DNA from: Paeniglutamicibacter sp.
GTDB taxonomy: Bacteria > Actinomycetota > Actinomycetes > Actinomycetales > Micrococcaceae
Direction: 5' to 3'
DNA length: 64,000 nt
Assembly: GCF_046714615.1 (NCBI RefSeq)
Contig: NZ_JBKKAP010000055.1
Location: forward strand, 3,342-67,341
The notes below the pieces were generated by a model, which worked only from the letters and a program-made list of their open reading frames with translations, did no database searches and was not told the DNA's origin. Made by a program: the position numbers and the translations under genes. Numbering within the stretch: the first letter of the stretch is position 1; each line of letters opens with the position of its first letter. Positions 32,464-43,267 of this stretch are shown here, piece by piece.

Positions 32464-32521
32464 AAAAAACCGCCCCTACGTCCTCCGGGCATTGCCCGGG
32501 AGACTCATTGAGCGGTTTTTT
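32464..32521. terminator. Bidirectional terminator
   Basis: aaaaaaccgc...gcggtttttt flanking an inner tccgggc/gcccggga stem. Confidence 0.65.
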
Positions 32522-32562
32522 GCGTTTCCGGAGCGTTGCCCGGTGGTGCGAGAAAGTGCCGG

Positions 32563-33393
32563 CTAGCTTCGTCCGGGCTTCGCTGCAGTGTCGGTGATGT
32601 TGCGCAGCAACTCGTCGAACAACCCAGCCGTCTTCTGCGCGGGCCGCCCCGGCCACTGGTGAACCGAGTAGGCGGCGCCCTGGATCTGCTGCCAGTCGGC
32701 GAACTCCGGAAGCTCGGGGCTCAGCACCGAGGTGCCGAACATCGAACGCATTTCGGTGAGGCGGAATCGGTGCTCGTCCGAATCCTTCCGCACCCGGTTG
32801 GCGACCACGTCGATGCGGCCGAGGTCCGGTGCGTACTCCTTGCGGAACATTTCCAGGGCACGCTGCGTGCGTTCGGTTCCGGCCACGGAGAAGAGTGAGG
32901 GCTCGGCAACCAGCAGGATGCGGTCGCTGGCGCTCCACGCCATCCGCGTAAGTCCGTTGAGCGAAGGAGGGCAGTCAATGAGCACCAGGGCGTAGCCGGA
33001 GGTCTTGGAGAGCAGCTGGGTCAGCCGGCGCAAATCGCGGGCGCGCAGGTCGGGGCGGTCGTAGATGCCGGTGTAGGCGTCGCCGACTGCCACATCGAGC
33101 ACGGGTACCCGGGTCAGTGAGCGCTTGGATACGGCCTTGGCCTGCCAGGAGCTGGAGACGATGTTCTCGGTCAGATTCGCCTTGCGGGAGGCCTTCAGCA
33201 TCCGCCCGATGGTCATCTTGCCGTCGGCGCGCACGCCCAGCCCGGTGCTGGCATCGGCGTGCGGGTCCAGGTCGATCACGAGTGTGGGGATACCAGCGGC
33301 AAGGGCGGCCGAAGCTAGCCCCAATGTAACGGAGGTCTTCCCTACGCCACCTTTAAGGCTGCTAATGCTCACTACCTGCACGGAACGGACCAC
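32563..33393 (-). CDS. ParA family ATPase
   Basis: SLKGGVGKTS, IDLDPHA, IDCPPSL. Confidence 0.9.
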   Translation of the reverse strand: MVRSVQVVSISSLKGGVGKTSVTLGLASAALAAGIPTLVIDLDPHADASTGLGVRADGKMTIGRMLKASRKANLTENIVSSSWQAKAVSKRSLTRVPVLDVAVGDAYTGIYDRPDLRARDLRRLTQLLSKTSGYALVLIDCPPSLNGLTRMAWSASDRILLVAEPSLFSVAGTERTQRALEMFRKEYAPDLGRIDVVANRVRKDSDEHRFRLTEMRSMFGTSVLSPELPEFADWQQIQGAAYSVHQWPGRPAQKTAGLFDELLRNITDTAAKPGRS

Positions 33394-33660
33394 GCCCTTT
33401 TCTACTGTTAGTTGCTCACGACTTAACGATTGGTTCCCTCAACATCATAATCGGGTTCTGGATCCTTTGCCGCCACGGGCCCGAACGACCAGCTGACACC
33501 ACTATTTCGTGCCCGCCGAAATCTTTTGCCAAGCGTGTGCCCCATCACGGTAGTGTGTGTCGTTGGGCGCCGAAACACACACGTTCGGCCCCTCAAACAC
33601 GAATTCAGACCCTGAAATTCGTGAGCGTCATTCATCCCCACGTCATTTCGCAGGAGCGCC

Positions 33661-36600
33661 ATGTTTAAGAAGATCTTGGTAGCCAATCGCGGCGAGATCG
33701 CAATTCGCGCCTTCCGCGCCGGCTACGAGCTGGGCGCGAAGACTGTCGCCGTATACCCATACGAGGATCGCAACTCGATTCACCGCCAGAAATCCGATGA
33801 GGCCTACCGGATTGGCGAAGAGGGCCACCCGGTCCGCGCCTACCTGGATGTTGCAGAGGTGATCCGCGTCGCCAAGGAAGCCGGCGCGGATGCCATTTAC
33901 CCGGGCTACGGATTCCTGTCCGAGAACCCCGAGCTGTCGCGGGCGGCCGCCGAAGCGGGCATCAAATTCATCGGCCCGGCGGCCGAGGTCCTCGAGCTTG
34001 CAGGCAACAAGGTTGCCGCGCTGCGTGCAGCACGGGCGGCGGGCATTCCGGTGCTGCAGTCCTCGGACCCCAGCGACGACCTTGAGTTCCTGACCAAGGA
34101 AGCCGACAAGATCGGTTTCCCGATCTTCGTCAAGGCAGTTGCCGGCGGCGGCGGTCGCGGCATGCGCCGCGTCGACACCCGCGACCAGCTTGCCGAATCG
34201 CTCTCGGCAGCCATGCGCGAGGCGGGAAGCGCCTTTGGTGACCCCACGGTGTTCCTGGAACAGGCAGTGCTGCGTCCGCGCCACATCGAGGTCCAGATCC
34301 TGGCCGATGAGCACGGCAACATCGTTCACCTCTTCGAGCGCGACTGCTCGCTGCAGCGTCGCCACCAGAAGGTCATCGAAATCGCCCCGGCACCGAACCT
34401 GGACGAGAACATCCGCCAGGCGCTCTACGCCGACGCGGTGAAGTTCGCGAAGGCGCTGAACTACCAGAACGCCGGAACCGTGGAGTTCCTGGTCGACACC
34501 GTGGGCGAGCGCGCCGGGCAGCACGTGTTCATCGAGATGAACCCGCGCATCCAGGTGGAGCACACCGTCACCGAGGAAATCACCGACGTCGACCTGGTGC
34601 AGGCGCAGATGCGCATTGCCGCCGGCGAGACCCTGGAAGACCTGGGCATCCGCCAGGACGAGCTGCAGATCCGCGGCGTCGCCCTGCAGTCGCGCATCAC
34701 CACCGAGGACCCCGCCAACGGCTTCCGCCCGGACGTCGGAACGATCTCCGTGTACCGCTCGGCCGGCGGCTCCGGCGTGCGCCTGGACGGCGGCACCATC
34801 TACACCGGCGCCGAGGTTTCCCCGCACTTCGACTCGATGCTGGTCAAGCTCACCTGCCGCGGCCGCGACTTCCCCACGGCTGTGGCCCGCGCCCGCCGTG
34901 CGCTGGCCGAGTTCCGGGTCCGCGGCGTGACCACCAACATCCCGTTCCTGATGAACGTGCTTGACGACCCGACCTTCCTGGCCGGCGAGGCCGCAACCGA
35001 CTTCATCGACAAGCACCCGGAGCTGCTGGCCGGGAAGAAGTCCCAGGACCGCGGCACCAAGGCGCTGTCGTTCCTGGCCGATGTCACGGTCAACCAGCCC
35101 AACGGCGCACGGATCGAAGGCATCGACCCGCGCAAGAAGCTTCCGGCATTCCCGGGGGACAAGGCCTCCGAGCCGGAGCGCAGCCCGTTTGACGGCCCCT
35201 CGGACCAGGCCCCGCCTGCCGGGTGGCGCCAGCGCCTGCTGGAACTTGGCCCGGAGGGCTTCGCCAAGGCGCTGCGCGACTCCACGGCGGTGGCAGTCAC
35301 CGACACCACCTTCCGTGACGCGCACCAGTCGCTGCTGGCCACCCGCGTGCGTACCCGCGACCTTTTGGCCGCGGCCCCGGCATACGCCCACGTGATGCCG
35401 CAGCTGTTCTCCATGGAGGTCTGGGGAGGCGCGACATACGATGTGTCGCTTCGTTTCCTGGGCGAGGACCCGTGGGAGCGCCTGGCGCTGCTGCGTGCCG
35501 AGCTGCCGAACATCCCGCTGCAGATGCTGCTGCGTGGACGCAACACCGTGGGGTACACCCCGTACCCGACCGAGGTCACCGACGCGTTCGTGAAGGAAGC
35601 GGCGGCCACCGGCATCGACATCTTCCGCATCTTCGATGCGCTGAACGACGTCTCGCAGATGGCCCCGGCCATCAAGGCGGTGCGGGAGACCGGCACCGCG
35701 GTCGCCGAGGTGGCCCTGTGCTACACCGGCAACCTGCTGGACCCCAAGGAAGATCTCTACACGCTGGATTACTACCTGAACCTGGCGCAGCAGATTGTCG
35801 ACGCCGGCGCACACATCCTGGCGATCAAGGACATGGCAGGGCTCCTGCGTCCGGCGGCGGCCACGAAGCTGGTCACCGCGCTGCGCGAACGCTTCGACCT
35901 GCCGGTGCACCTGCACACCCACGACACCGCAGGCGGCCAGTCGGCCACGCTGATGGCAGCCATCAATGCAGGTGTCGATGCGGTGGACGTCGCTGCGGCT
36001 TCGATGTCCGGGACCACCTCCCAGCCATCGGCATCCGCGCTGATCGCTGCACTGGAGAACACCGAGCGCGACACCGGGATCTCCCTGGAGGCCGCCGCGT
36101 CGCTGGAGCCCTACTGGGAATCGGTGCGCACCATGTACGCCCCGTTCGAATCCGGGCTTGCCGCCCCGACCGGACGCGTCTACCGCCACGAGATCCCCGG
36201 AGGCCAGCTCTCGAACCTGCGCCAGCAGGCCATCGCGCTGGGCCTGGGCGAGCGCTTCGAGGCCATCGAGGACATGTACACCGCGGCCAACGCCATCCTG
36301 GGCCGCCTGGTCAAGGTCACCCCGTCCTCCAAGGTGGTGGGCGACCTCGCCCTGCAGCTGGTGGGCATGGGCGTTGACCCGGCCGAGTTCGAGAAGGACC
36401 CGAAGTCCTTCGACATCCCGGATTCGGTCATCCAGTTCCTCTCCGGGGAACTGGGCGATCCCCCGGGAGGCTGGCCCGAGCCGTTCCGCTCCAAGGCCCT
36501 CGAGGGCCGCGTCGTGCGCCCGCACGTCGAGGAGCTTGCGGCCGAGGACTCCGCGGCGCTGAACGCCGACTCGGCCACCCGCCGCGCCACGTTGAACCGC

Positions 36601-37110
36601 CTGCTCTTTGCCGGCCCGACCCGCGACTTCGCGGCGAGCGTGGAGAACTACGGCGACCTGTCGGTCCTGCACACCCGCGACTACCTCTACGGCCTGGTCA
36701 AGGGCCGCGAGCACGTGGTGTCCCTGGGCAAGGGCGTGCGCCTGCTGGTGATCCTGCAGTCGATCTCCGAGCCCGATGAGAAGGGCCTGCGCACCGTGAC
36801 TGTCACGCTCAACGGCCAGTCCCGCCAGCTGATGGTGCGCGACGAGTCGGTGGAGTCCACGGTGGTTGCCGCGGAAAAGGCAGACTCGGCGAACCCCGGG
36901 CACATTGCCGCCCCGTTCGCCGGCGCCGTCACGGCCCAGGTGGCAGTGGGCGACCGCGTGGAGATTGGCGGCACCGTTGCGACCATCGAGGCCATGAAGA
37001 TGGAAGCCGGGATCACCTCCACGGTGGCCGGCACCGTGGCCCGCCTGGCGATCGGTGGCACCGCCCAGGTGCAGGGCGGGGACCTGTTGGTGGTCATCGA
37101 CCCCGCATAG
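33661..37110 (+). CDS. pyc: Pyruvate carboxylase
   Basis: ANRGEIA, ERDCS.QRRHQK, EMNPRIQVEH, TFRDAHQS, IKDMAG, HTHDT, EAMKME biotin site. Confidence 0.98.
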   Translation: MFKKILVANRGEIAIRAFRAGYELGAKTVAVYPYEDRNSIHRQKSDEAYRIGEEGHPVRAYLDVAEVIRVAKEAGADAIYPGYGFLSENPELSRAAAEAGIKFIGPAAEVLELAGNKVAALRAARAAGIPVLQSSDPSDDLEFLTKEADKIGFPIFVKAVAGGGGRGMRRVDTRDQLAESLSAAMREAGSAFGDPTVFLEQAVLRPRHIEVQILADEHGNIVHLFERDCSLQRRHQKVIEIAPAPNLDENIRQALYADAVKFAKALNYQNAGTVEFLVDTVGERAGQHVFIEMNPRIQVEHTVTEEITDVDLVQAQMRIAAGETLEDLGIRQDELQIRGVALQSRITTEDPANGFRPDVGTISVYRSAGGSGVRLDGGTIYTGAEVSPHFDSMLVKLTCRGRDFPTAVARARRALAEFRVRGVTTNIPFLMNVLDDPTFLAGEAATDFIDKHPELLAGKKSQDRGTKALSFLADVTVNQPNGARIEGIDPRKKLPAFPGDKASEPERSPFDGPSDQAPPAGWRQRLLELGPEGFAKALRDSTAVAVTDTTFRDAHQSLLATRVRTRDLLAAAPAYAHVMPQLFSMEVWGGATYDVSLRFLGEDPWERLALLRAELPNIPLQMLLRGRNTVGYTPYPTEVTDAFVKEAAATGIDIFRIFDALNDVSQMAPAIKAVRETGTAVAEVALCYTGNLLDPKEDLYTLDYYLNLAQQIVDAGAHILAIKDMAGLLRPAAATKLVTALRERFDLPVHLHTHDTAGGQSATLMAAINAGVDAVDVAAASMSGTTSQPSASALIAALENTERDTGISLEAAASLEPYWESVRTMYAPFESGLAAPTGRVYRHEIPGGQLSNLRQQAIALGLGERFEAIEDMYTAANAILGRLVKVTPSSKVVGDLALQLVGMGVDPAEFEKDPKSFDIPDSVIQFLSGELGDPPGGWPEPFRSKALEGRVVRPHVEELAAEDSAALNADSATRRATLNRLLFAGPTRDFAASVENYGDLSVLHTRDYLYGLVKGREHVVSLGKGVRLLVILQSISEPDEKGLRTVTVTLNGQSRQLMVRDESVESTVVAAEKADSANPGHIAAPFAGAVTAQVAVGDRVEIGGTVATIEAMKMEAGITSTVAGTVARLAIGGTAQVQGGDLLVVIDPA

Positions 37111-37317
37111 CCGCCCGGTGCCGGTCCGCAGTCGCGGGCCGGCACAGCAGGCAACCATGAAGTGCGCGCGAGGATGGACCCGCCCGCCCCGATGCCGGGG
37201 CCTGGGACGGGTCCATCCTCGCTTGCGTGTTAGGGTGCCAATGGCCAGTGGATGCACCAGCGGCAAAGAGCAGGCGGCGGACCGAGACCGGATCGCCGTT
37301 GGAAGGAGTGAGGTCCC

Positions 37318-38292
37318 ATGGCCATCAATCGGGCAGGCTTTATTGCACGACTATTTGCGCGGCTGGCACGGCCGGCGACGCCGGAGCCCGGACCCGCCGG
37401 CTACGCGGCACCGACCGCCGCACCCAACCCGGCACCCCGGGAAACCACCGAAAAACCGGTGCCGGCACCGGCCGAGGAGCCGACACCCGCAGACGCCCGG
37501 CCCGCTGCCGCCACTGGCGATGAGCCCGGGAAAGACGCCCCGGCGCCCGACGCCCAGGCAGACGAAGCAGCTGTGTTCGAAGCCACGGCAGACGAAGCAG
37601 CGGTGTTCGAAGCCACGGCAGACGAAGCAGCGGAGCTCCCCGCGCCGGAAAACGACGCCCCGGCCGAGGCGGCCGCAGGCCACCCCGATTCCGAAGCACT
37701 TCCCGACGCCGATGCCGACGCCGATGCCGACACGGACACGACACCGGAAGACGGCACGCCGGAGGATTCCGCCTCCGCAACGTCGGACGCCGCGGCGCCG
37801 ACAGTGGGCACCGTGCCTACACCACGGGACCACAAGGTCATCACGCTGGTCTCCCTCGAGGAGCATGCGGGCGCCAAGACCCTGGGTGCCGCACTGGAGC
37901 GCCGGACCGAGGGCAAGGGGTGGAGAATCCGGACCGCAGGTCCCGGCCTCGCCCGCGCCGCGTTCTCCGGGATGCTTGGCGACACCGACGCCCTGGTGCT
38001 CGTCTCCCCGGCGGACCCTGCCATCACCGCGGCGATGGGCGACAAGCTGCGCTGGCTGGAGGCCAACAACAGACAGGGAATGCAGGCACGCACTCTCATT
38101 GTTGTTAACCTCGGCACCGCGGACGGCGGGGAGCTGCAGCTCCCGGCGGACCTCGACCGGCCGGTGACCTTGCTTCCCTTTGACGCGGCCCTGAGCATCC
38201 CCGCGACAGGTGCGCGGGCCCCGCGGCGGGCAGCACGGGCGGCCATTGACCAACTTGTCGACGAACTATCCACCATCCTTCAGGAGAGCTAA
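37318..38292 (+). CDS. Hypothetical protein: acidic low-complexity N-terminus plus degenerate MinD/ParA-like C-terminus
   Basis: RBS aggag upstream; VITLVSLEEHAGAKT resembles a decayed Walker A; RTLIVVN; LPFDAAL. Confidence 0.6.
   Translation: MAINRAGFIARLFARLARPATPEPGPAGYAAPTAAPNPAPRETTEKPVPAPAEEPTPADARPAAATGDEPGKDAPAPDAQADEAAVFEATADEAAVFEATADEAAELPAPENDAPAEAAAGHPDSEALPDADADADADTDTTPEDGTPEDSASATSDAAAPTVGTVPTPRDHKVITLVSLEEHAGAKTLGAALERRTEGKGWRIRTAGPGLARAAFSGMLGDTDALVLVSPADPAITAAMGDKLRWLEANNRQGMQARTLIVVNLGTADGGELQLPADLDRPVTLLPFDAALSIPATGARAPRRAARAAIDQLVDELSTILQES
37558..37632 (+). repeat. 2.5 x 30-bp in-frame tandem repeat (ADEAAVFEAT)
   Basis: gcagacgaagcagc(t/g)gtgttcgaagccacg repeated. 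Confidence 0.85.
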
Positions 38293-38299
38293 GCACCCC

Positions 38300-39712
38300 A
38301 TGGCACATTACGACCTGGCAATCATCGGATCCGGATCCGGCAACTCGCTGATCACCGAGCATTGGGACGGGCGGAAGGTGGCGATCATCGATGCCGGCAT
38401 CTTCGGCGGAACCTGCCTGAACGTCGGCTGCATCCCCACCAAGATGTTCGTCTACCCGGCGCAGCTGGCCGCATCCGTCGCCGAGGCCAAGGCCCTTGGC
38501 GTGTCGATGACGTTCGACGGGGCCGACTGGGCGTCCATGCGGGACCGGATCTTCGGGCGCATCGACGCCATTTCCGAGGCCGGCAAGAACTACCGCGCCC
38601 ACGAGCTGGAAAACGTCACACTCTACACCGAGCACGTCCGGTTCGCCTCGCGCAACGAGCTGCTCACCGAAAGCGGCCAGAGCATCACCGCGGACAAGTT
38701 CGTCATCGCCACCGGCTCGCGCGCCGTGTTGCCGCAGGTGCCGGGCATCGACCTGCCCGGCGTGCACACCTCCGACACCATCATGCGCCTGGACCAGTTG
38801 CCCAAGCGCCTGGTGATCCTGGGCGGCGGCTACATCGCCAGCGAGTTCGCTGCGGTCTTCTGGGCGCTGGGCAGCGAGGTCATCCAGGTGAACCGCTCCG
38901 GCGCCCTGATGCGCCGGCAGGATGCCGACATTTCCGCGGCCTTCACGCAGGCCGCCTCCAAGCGCTGGGGCGTCGAGCTCGACGCGGCGCTGCAGGGCAT
39001 CGAGAAGGAGGGGGACGTCCTGACGGTCAGCTTGGAGCGCGACGGGCGGCCCTTGCAGCTGGAGGCCGACGTGGTGCTGGTGGCCACCGGACGGACGCCG
39101 AACACCGACGGGCTCGGAGTCGCCGAGCTCGGGTTCGACACGCGCGAGGACGGCTCACTGGTTCTCGATGACTACCAGCGCATCCTGGCCGCGGGCCGGC
39201 CGGTGGAGGGCATCTTCGGCCTGGGCGATGCGGCAAACACCGAGCAGCTCAAGCACGTGGCCAACCGCGAGGCACGCGTGGTGGTCCACAACCTGGAAAA
39301 CCCCGACGACATGAGGCCCATGGACCGCCGTGCCGTCCCGGCGGCGGTGTTCAGCAACCCGCAGATCGCCTACGTCGGTGCCACCGAGGAAGAAGCCCGC
39401 GCCGAACACGGTGATGCCGTGCTTTCCGTCGTCCAGCCCTACGGGTCCACCGCCTACGGCTGGGCCATGGAGGATCAAGAGGGCATCGTGAAGCTGCTGG
39501 CCCACAAGGACACCGGCCTGTTGCTGGGCGCCCACATCATGGGACACGAAGCCTCGCTGCTCATCCAGCCGCTGATCCAGGCCATGTACTCGGGACTGGA
39601 CGTGAACTCGATGGCCCGCGGGCCCTATTGGATCCACCCGGCGCTGAGCGAGGTCGTGGAAAACGCGCTGCTGGGCCTCGGCATGCCGGTCGGCGCTGGC
39701 GACCCGCTGTAG
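38300..39712 (+). CDS. mtr: Mycothione reductase
   Basis: IIGSGSGNS, GGTCLNVGCIPTKM, GGGYIA.EFA, YGWAME, YWIHPAL.EV. Confidence 0.92.
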   Translation: MAHYDLAIIGSGSGNSLITEHWDGRKVAIIDAGIFGGTCLNVGCIPTKMFVYPAQLAASVAEAKALGVSMTFDGADWASMRDRIFGRIDAISEAGKNYRAHELENVTLYTEHVRFASRNELLTESGQSITADKFVIATGSRAVLPQVPGIDLPGVHTSDTIMRLDQLPKRLVILGGGYIASEFAAVFWALGSEVIQVNRSGALMRRQDADISAAFTQAASKRWGVELDAALQGIEKEGDVLTVSLERDGRPLQLEADVVLVATGRTPNTDGLGVAELGFDTREDGSLVLDDYQRILAAGRPVEGIFGLGDAANTEQLKHVANREARVVVHNLENPDDMRPMDRRAVPAAVFSNPQIAYVGATEEEARAEHGDAVLSVVQPYGSTAYGWAMEDQEGIVKLLAHKDTGLLLGAHIMGHEASLLIQPLIQAMYSGLDVNSMARGPYWIHPALSEVVENALLGLGMPVGAGDPL

Positions 39713-39817
39713 CGCAGGACCTTCGCTCCGGCACCGGGTGCCGGATTAAGCAGGAAACGCGTGGGACGGGCACCAAATCGGTGCCCGTCCCGCGCGTCTC
39801 GTGGTGCGGATTCGGCG

Positions 39818-41632
39818 CTAGGCGCGGGGCTTGGACCCCGAGTAGATGTCCTCGAGCACTGCCTCGTAGTCCTTGAGCACCTGGGAGCGCTTGATCTTAA
39901 GCGACGGGGTCAGGTGTCCGGAGTCCTCGGTGAAATCCGTGGGCACGATACGGAATTCCTTGATGGCCTCAGCCCGCGAGACAGCGGTGTTGGCCTTTTC
40001 CACCATCGCGGCGATGGCGTCGTGGACCTGCGGCAGCTGGGCGGCATGCGCGACGGTGGTGTCGGCGGGCAGCTGGTGGCGGGCCAGCCAGCCCGGAAGA
40101 GCATCCGCGTCCAGCGTGATGAGTGCCGCGATGAACGGGCGGGCATCCCCGACGACGACGCACTGGGAAACCAGCGAGTCGGCGCGGATCTGGTCCTCCA
40201 GCATGGCCGGGACCACGTTCTTGCCGCTGGCGGTGACGATGATTTCCTTCTTGCGTCCGGTGATGCGCAGGAAGCCGTCGGCCTCCAGCTCTCCGATGTC
40301 CCCGGTACGGAACCAGCCGTCGGTGAAGGTCTCCGCCTCCAGGTCCGGGCGGTTGTAGTAGCCGCGCATCACGCAGAAGCCCTTGGCCAGGATCTCGCCG
40401 TCGGCCGCGATCTTCACGCTGTTGCCCGGCAGCGGCCGGCCCACGGTGCCGATCTTCAGGTGCGTGGGGGTGTTCACCGTGATCGGGGCGGTGGTCTCGG
40501 TCAGTCCGTAGCCCTCCAACACCGTGAGCCCGATGCCGTGGAAGAAGTGTCCCAGACGCTCGCCCAGCGGGGCGCCGCCGGAGACCGCGTGCACGACCTT
40601 CCCTCCCATGGCTGCACGGATCTTGCCGTACAGCAGCACGTCGAAGAGCTTGTGCTTGAGCTTCAGGGCCAGCGGGACCTTGCCGTCCTGCTCGGCGCGC
40701 GAGAACGCGATGGCGGTGTCGGCGCCGGCATGGAAGATCTTGCCCTTGCCGGCGTCCTCGGCCTTGAGCATCGAGGAGTTGTAGACCTTCTCGAAGACGC
40801 GCGGCACCGCGAGGATGAAGTTCGGCTGGAAGGACTGCAGGTCAGGCAACAGGTTTTTCACGTCGGCGGTGTGGGCCACCTTCACGCCCGCGGCAACGGC
40901 GAGCACCGAGATGTACCTGGCGAAGACGTGGGCCAGCGGCAGGAACATGATGGTTGCGGCGCCCGGGAAGACGACTTCGGGCAGCGCTGCCGCGGCGTTG
41001 TCGCTGAGCTGGACGAAGTTCGAGTGTGTCAGTTCGCAGCCCTTGGGCCGCCCGGTGGTCCCGGAGGTGTAGATGATGGTGGCCAGCGAGTCCAGGTTGG
41101 CGGCGGAGCGGCGCTCCTCCAGGACCGCGTCATCAACGTCCTTGCCGGCCTCGCGCAGGGCATCGAGCCCGTCTCCGTCGATCTGCCACACGTGCTCCAG
41201 CGCGTCCAGGCCTTCCTGGTGGGCGGCCTGGCGCACGACGGCTTCATGGCGCGGGGCCTCGACGACGGCGGCAACTGCATGCGAGTCGCCCAGGATCCAG
41301 GCGACCTGGCCGGGGGAGGAGGTCTCGTAGACCGGAACCGTGACGCAGCCGGAGAACCAGATGGCGAAATCGACCAGCGTCCACTCGTAGCGGGTGCGGG
41401 CCATCAGGCCGATGCGTGCCCCGGGCGCAATGCCGGAGGCAATGAACCCCTTGGCCAGGGCGGAAGCGTCCGCGGCGAACTCCGATGCCGGCATGTCGAT
41501 CCAGGTCCCGTTCGGGCCTGGCTTGGCCAGCAGCGCGGGGTCGGCTGCTGACCGGGCATGGCGCAGGAGCAGGTCGGTGATGTTGGTCTGCGGCGGGTTC
41601 TCCACCAGCGGAGGGACTGTTAATTCCTGCAT
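39818..41632 (-). CDS. Long-chain acyl-CoA synthetase (FadD15-like)
   Basis: IYTSGTTGRPKG, FLPLAHVF, EGYGLTET, TGDIG, LTPSLKIKR; RBS aaggag. Confidence 0.92.
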   Translation of the reverse strand: MQELTVPPLVENPPQTNITDLLLRHARSAADPALLAKPGPNGTWIDMPASEFAADASALAKGFIASGIAPGARIGLMARTRYEWTLVDFAIWFSGCVTVPVYETSSPGQVAWILGDSHAVAAVVEAPRHEAVVRQAAHQEGLDALEHVWQIDGDGLDALREAGKDVDDAVLEERRSAANLDSLATIIYTSGTTGRPKGCELTHSNFVQLSDNAAAALPEVVFPGAATIMFLPLAHVFARYISVLAVAAGVKVAHTADVKNLLPDLQSFQPNFILAVPRVFEKVYNSSMLKAEDAGKGKIFHAGADTAIAFSRAEQDGKVPLALKLKHKLFDVLLYGKIRAAMGGKVVHAVSGGAPLGERLGHFFHGIGLTVLEGYGLTETTAPITVNTPTHLKIGTVGRPLPGNSVKIAADGEILAKGFCVMRGYYNRPDLEAETFTDGWFRTGDIGELEADGFLRITGRKKEIIVTASGKNVVPAMLEDQIRADSLVSQCVVVGDARPFIAALITLDADALPGWLARHQLPADTTVAHAAQLPQVHDAIAAMVEKANTAVSRAEAIKEFRIVPTDFTEDSGHLTPSLKIKRSQVLKDYEAVLEDIYSGSKPRA

Positions 41633-41705
41633 TTGGAGCTCCTTCGGTTCCGGGGCGGTGTTGTGCGTGCCCGCCAACCCCTCTTCCCCCATGTCACCCA
41701 TAGTA

Positions 41706-41740
41706 GTGTCTCGGGTCACACATTGTTTACTCGTTAGTAA
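41706..41740. promoter_or_regulatory. Candidate operators upstream of fadD
   Basis: GTGT-N6-TCAC (CRP/GlxR-like) at 41706-41719 and palindrome TTACT-N4-AGTAA at 41727-41740. Confidence 0.4.
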
Positions 41741-41783
41741 CTTACGGGCATTTGCCCGGCTTCGCAACAAGCCGCGGGCGCCG

Positions 41784-42284
41784 CTACACGCGCGCCCCGT
41801 CGTCGCCATCGCGCCGCTGGCGCGGCAACCGGGCGAAGAGGAACACCGCGGCGGCGACCGCCACCGCGACCAGTCCGATCCACAGCGGCATCGGCGCCCG
41901 CCGCCAGAAGATGGCCAGCAGCAACAGTGCGATCGGGGCGCCGGCGGCGCACGACCACGCCAGGGTCAGCAGGGGGTCGCCCGATCCCAGGGCCGGGGGA
42001 ACCTCCGGGATGAAAGCGCCCTCGTCCTCGTCCGCGGCCAACTCGTGGTCACGGGGGCCGGTGAGCGCCGGGTGCATCCGGAAGAGCTCGGGGTCCACGC
42101 CCCGCGGGGCCTTGGCGTCGGGCCTGTGGCCTGCGTCGTCGCCGGGTGTCCCGGGTGTGGGGGAGTCCTCGGGCTTGCGGCCCGCGGCCTCGCCCGGTGT
42201 CGCCTCCAGCCGGCGGACCAGGTCCTCCCACACGGAATTGTCGGAGTCGCCCGATTCGGCCGGCTCGTGCATGGGGTTGGTCAT
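41784..42284 (-). CDS. Conserved actinobacterial membrane protein
   Basis: WEDLVRRL, FIPEVPP, two TM segments, C-terminal DDGARV. Confidence 0.75.
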   Translation of the reverse strand: MTNPMHEPAESGDSDNSVWEDLVRRLEATPGEAAGRKPEDSPTPGTPGDDAGHRPDAKAPRGVDPELFRMHPALTGPRDHELAADEDEGAFIPEVPPALGSGDPLLTLAWSCAAGAPIALLLLAIFWRRAPMPLWIGLVAVAVAAAVFLFARLPRQRRDGDDGARV

Positions 42285-43048
42285 GGCCTGCTGCCGCCAA
42301 CTTCCTGGAAGAACTCGATGGAACGGGAGAAGATCGCTTCCGCCTCATAGTCAAGCGTGGCAACGTGGTGGCTGCGCGTCAACCGGTTCACCTCAAGGTG
42401 GACACCGTCATCGAGCCCCGCGCGCAGCACCTCGAGGCTGGACTCGGGCACCACGTGGTCGGTGTCCGAGCGGAACACCAGAACCGGGGCGGTGACCTGC
42501 GGCAACCGCCTGATGGTGTCCTTGAAGAGCTTGCGCAGCTCGTGCACGCCGGCCACCGGGGTGCGGTCATAGGCGTGCTCGTCGCCCCCGGGCTTGGCGA
42601 TGTCGTTGGCGATCGCCGCGACGGTCGGGGCCAGATGGCGCAGCACCCCGGTGAACGGCGCCAGCGGGGAGGCCAGGGTCAGTCCCGGGTTGACCAGCGC
42701 GAGCCCCGCCACCGCATGGGTCGAGGCCAGATGCAGGGCCAGGGCGCCGCCCATCGACAGCCCGGCGACGAACACGCGTCCGTGCGTGGCGGCCAGCGCC
42801 GCATATTCCTGCTGCACGGCGTCGATGAACGAGGTGTACTTGGTGGCGGCCAGGTCCTGCCAGCGGGTGCCGTGCCCGGGCAGAAGTGGCAGGCTGACGG
42901 TGTATCCGGCATCGGCAAAGGCCCGGGCCCAGGGCAGCAGCCCCGCCGGGCCGGCAGTGAAGCCGTGGAGCACCAAGACCGCCGCGCCGTTTGTCCCGGC
43001 GTGGTGGAACGGTGCGTTGGGGCCGGCGGCTGCTGGTGTCTCTGGCAT
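42281..43048 (-). CDS. Alpha/beta hydrolase (carboxylesterase/monoglyceride lipase)
   Basis: HGFTA, LPGHGT, GLSMGG nucleophile, DHVV, SHHVATLD. Confidence 0.92.
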   Translation of the reverse strand: MPETPAAAGPNAPFHHAGTNGAAVLVLHGFTAGPAGLLPWARAFADAGYTVSLPLLPGHGTRWQDLAATKYTSFIDAVQQEYAALAATHGRVFVAGLSMGGALALHLASTHAVAGLALVNPGLTLASPLAPFTGVLRHLAPTVAAIANDIAKPGGDEHAYDRTPVAGVHELRKLFKDTIRRLPQVTAPVLVFRSDTDHVVPESSLEVLRAGLDDGVHLEVNRLTRSHHVATLDYEAEAIFSRSIEFFQEVGGSRP

Positions 43049-43267
43049 GGGGTGCGTGCTCCTGCGTGGGTCGTAAGGGGAACGGGGCACCGGATCCCAC
43101 CGGCACCGCGTCGTGCCGAGTGTGACCGATGGCGTAGTTTTGCCTACAGTTAGAGCCTAACTGAGAACCAAGTGATCAACACCAGGTCTCCGGGCACATG
43201 CCGGGCACCGCACGCGCTGGCCTCGGTGGAAACCCGCAGCACCCTCGGCCCGGAAGGCACTTCAATC

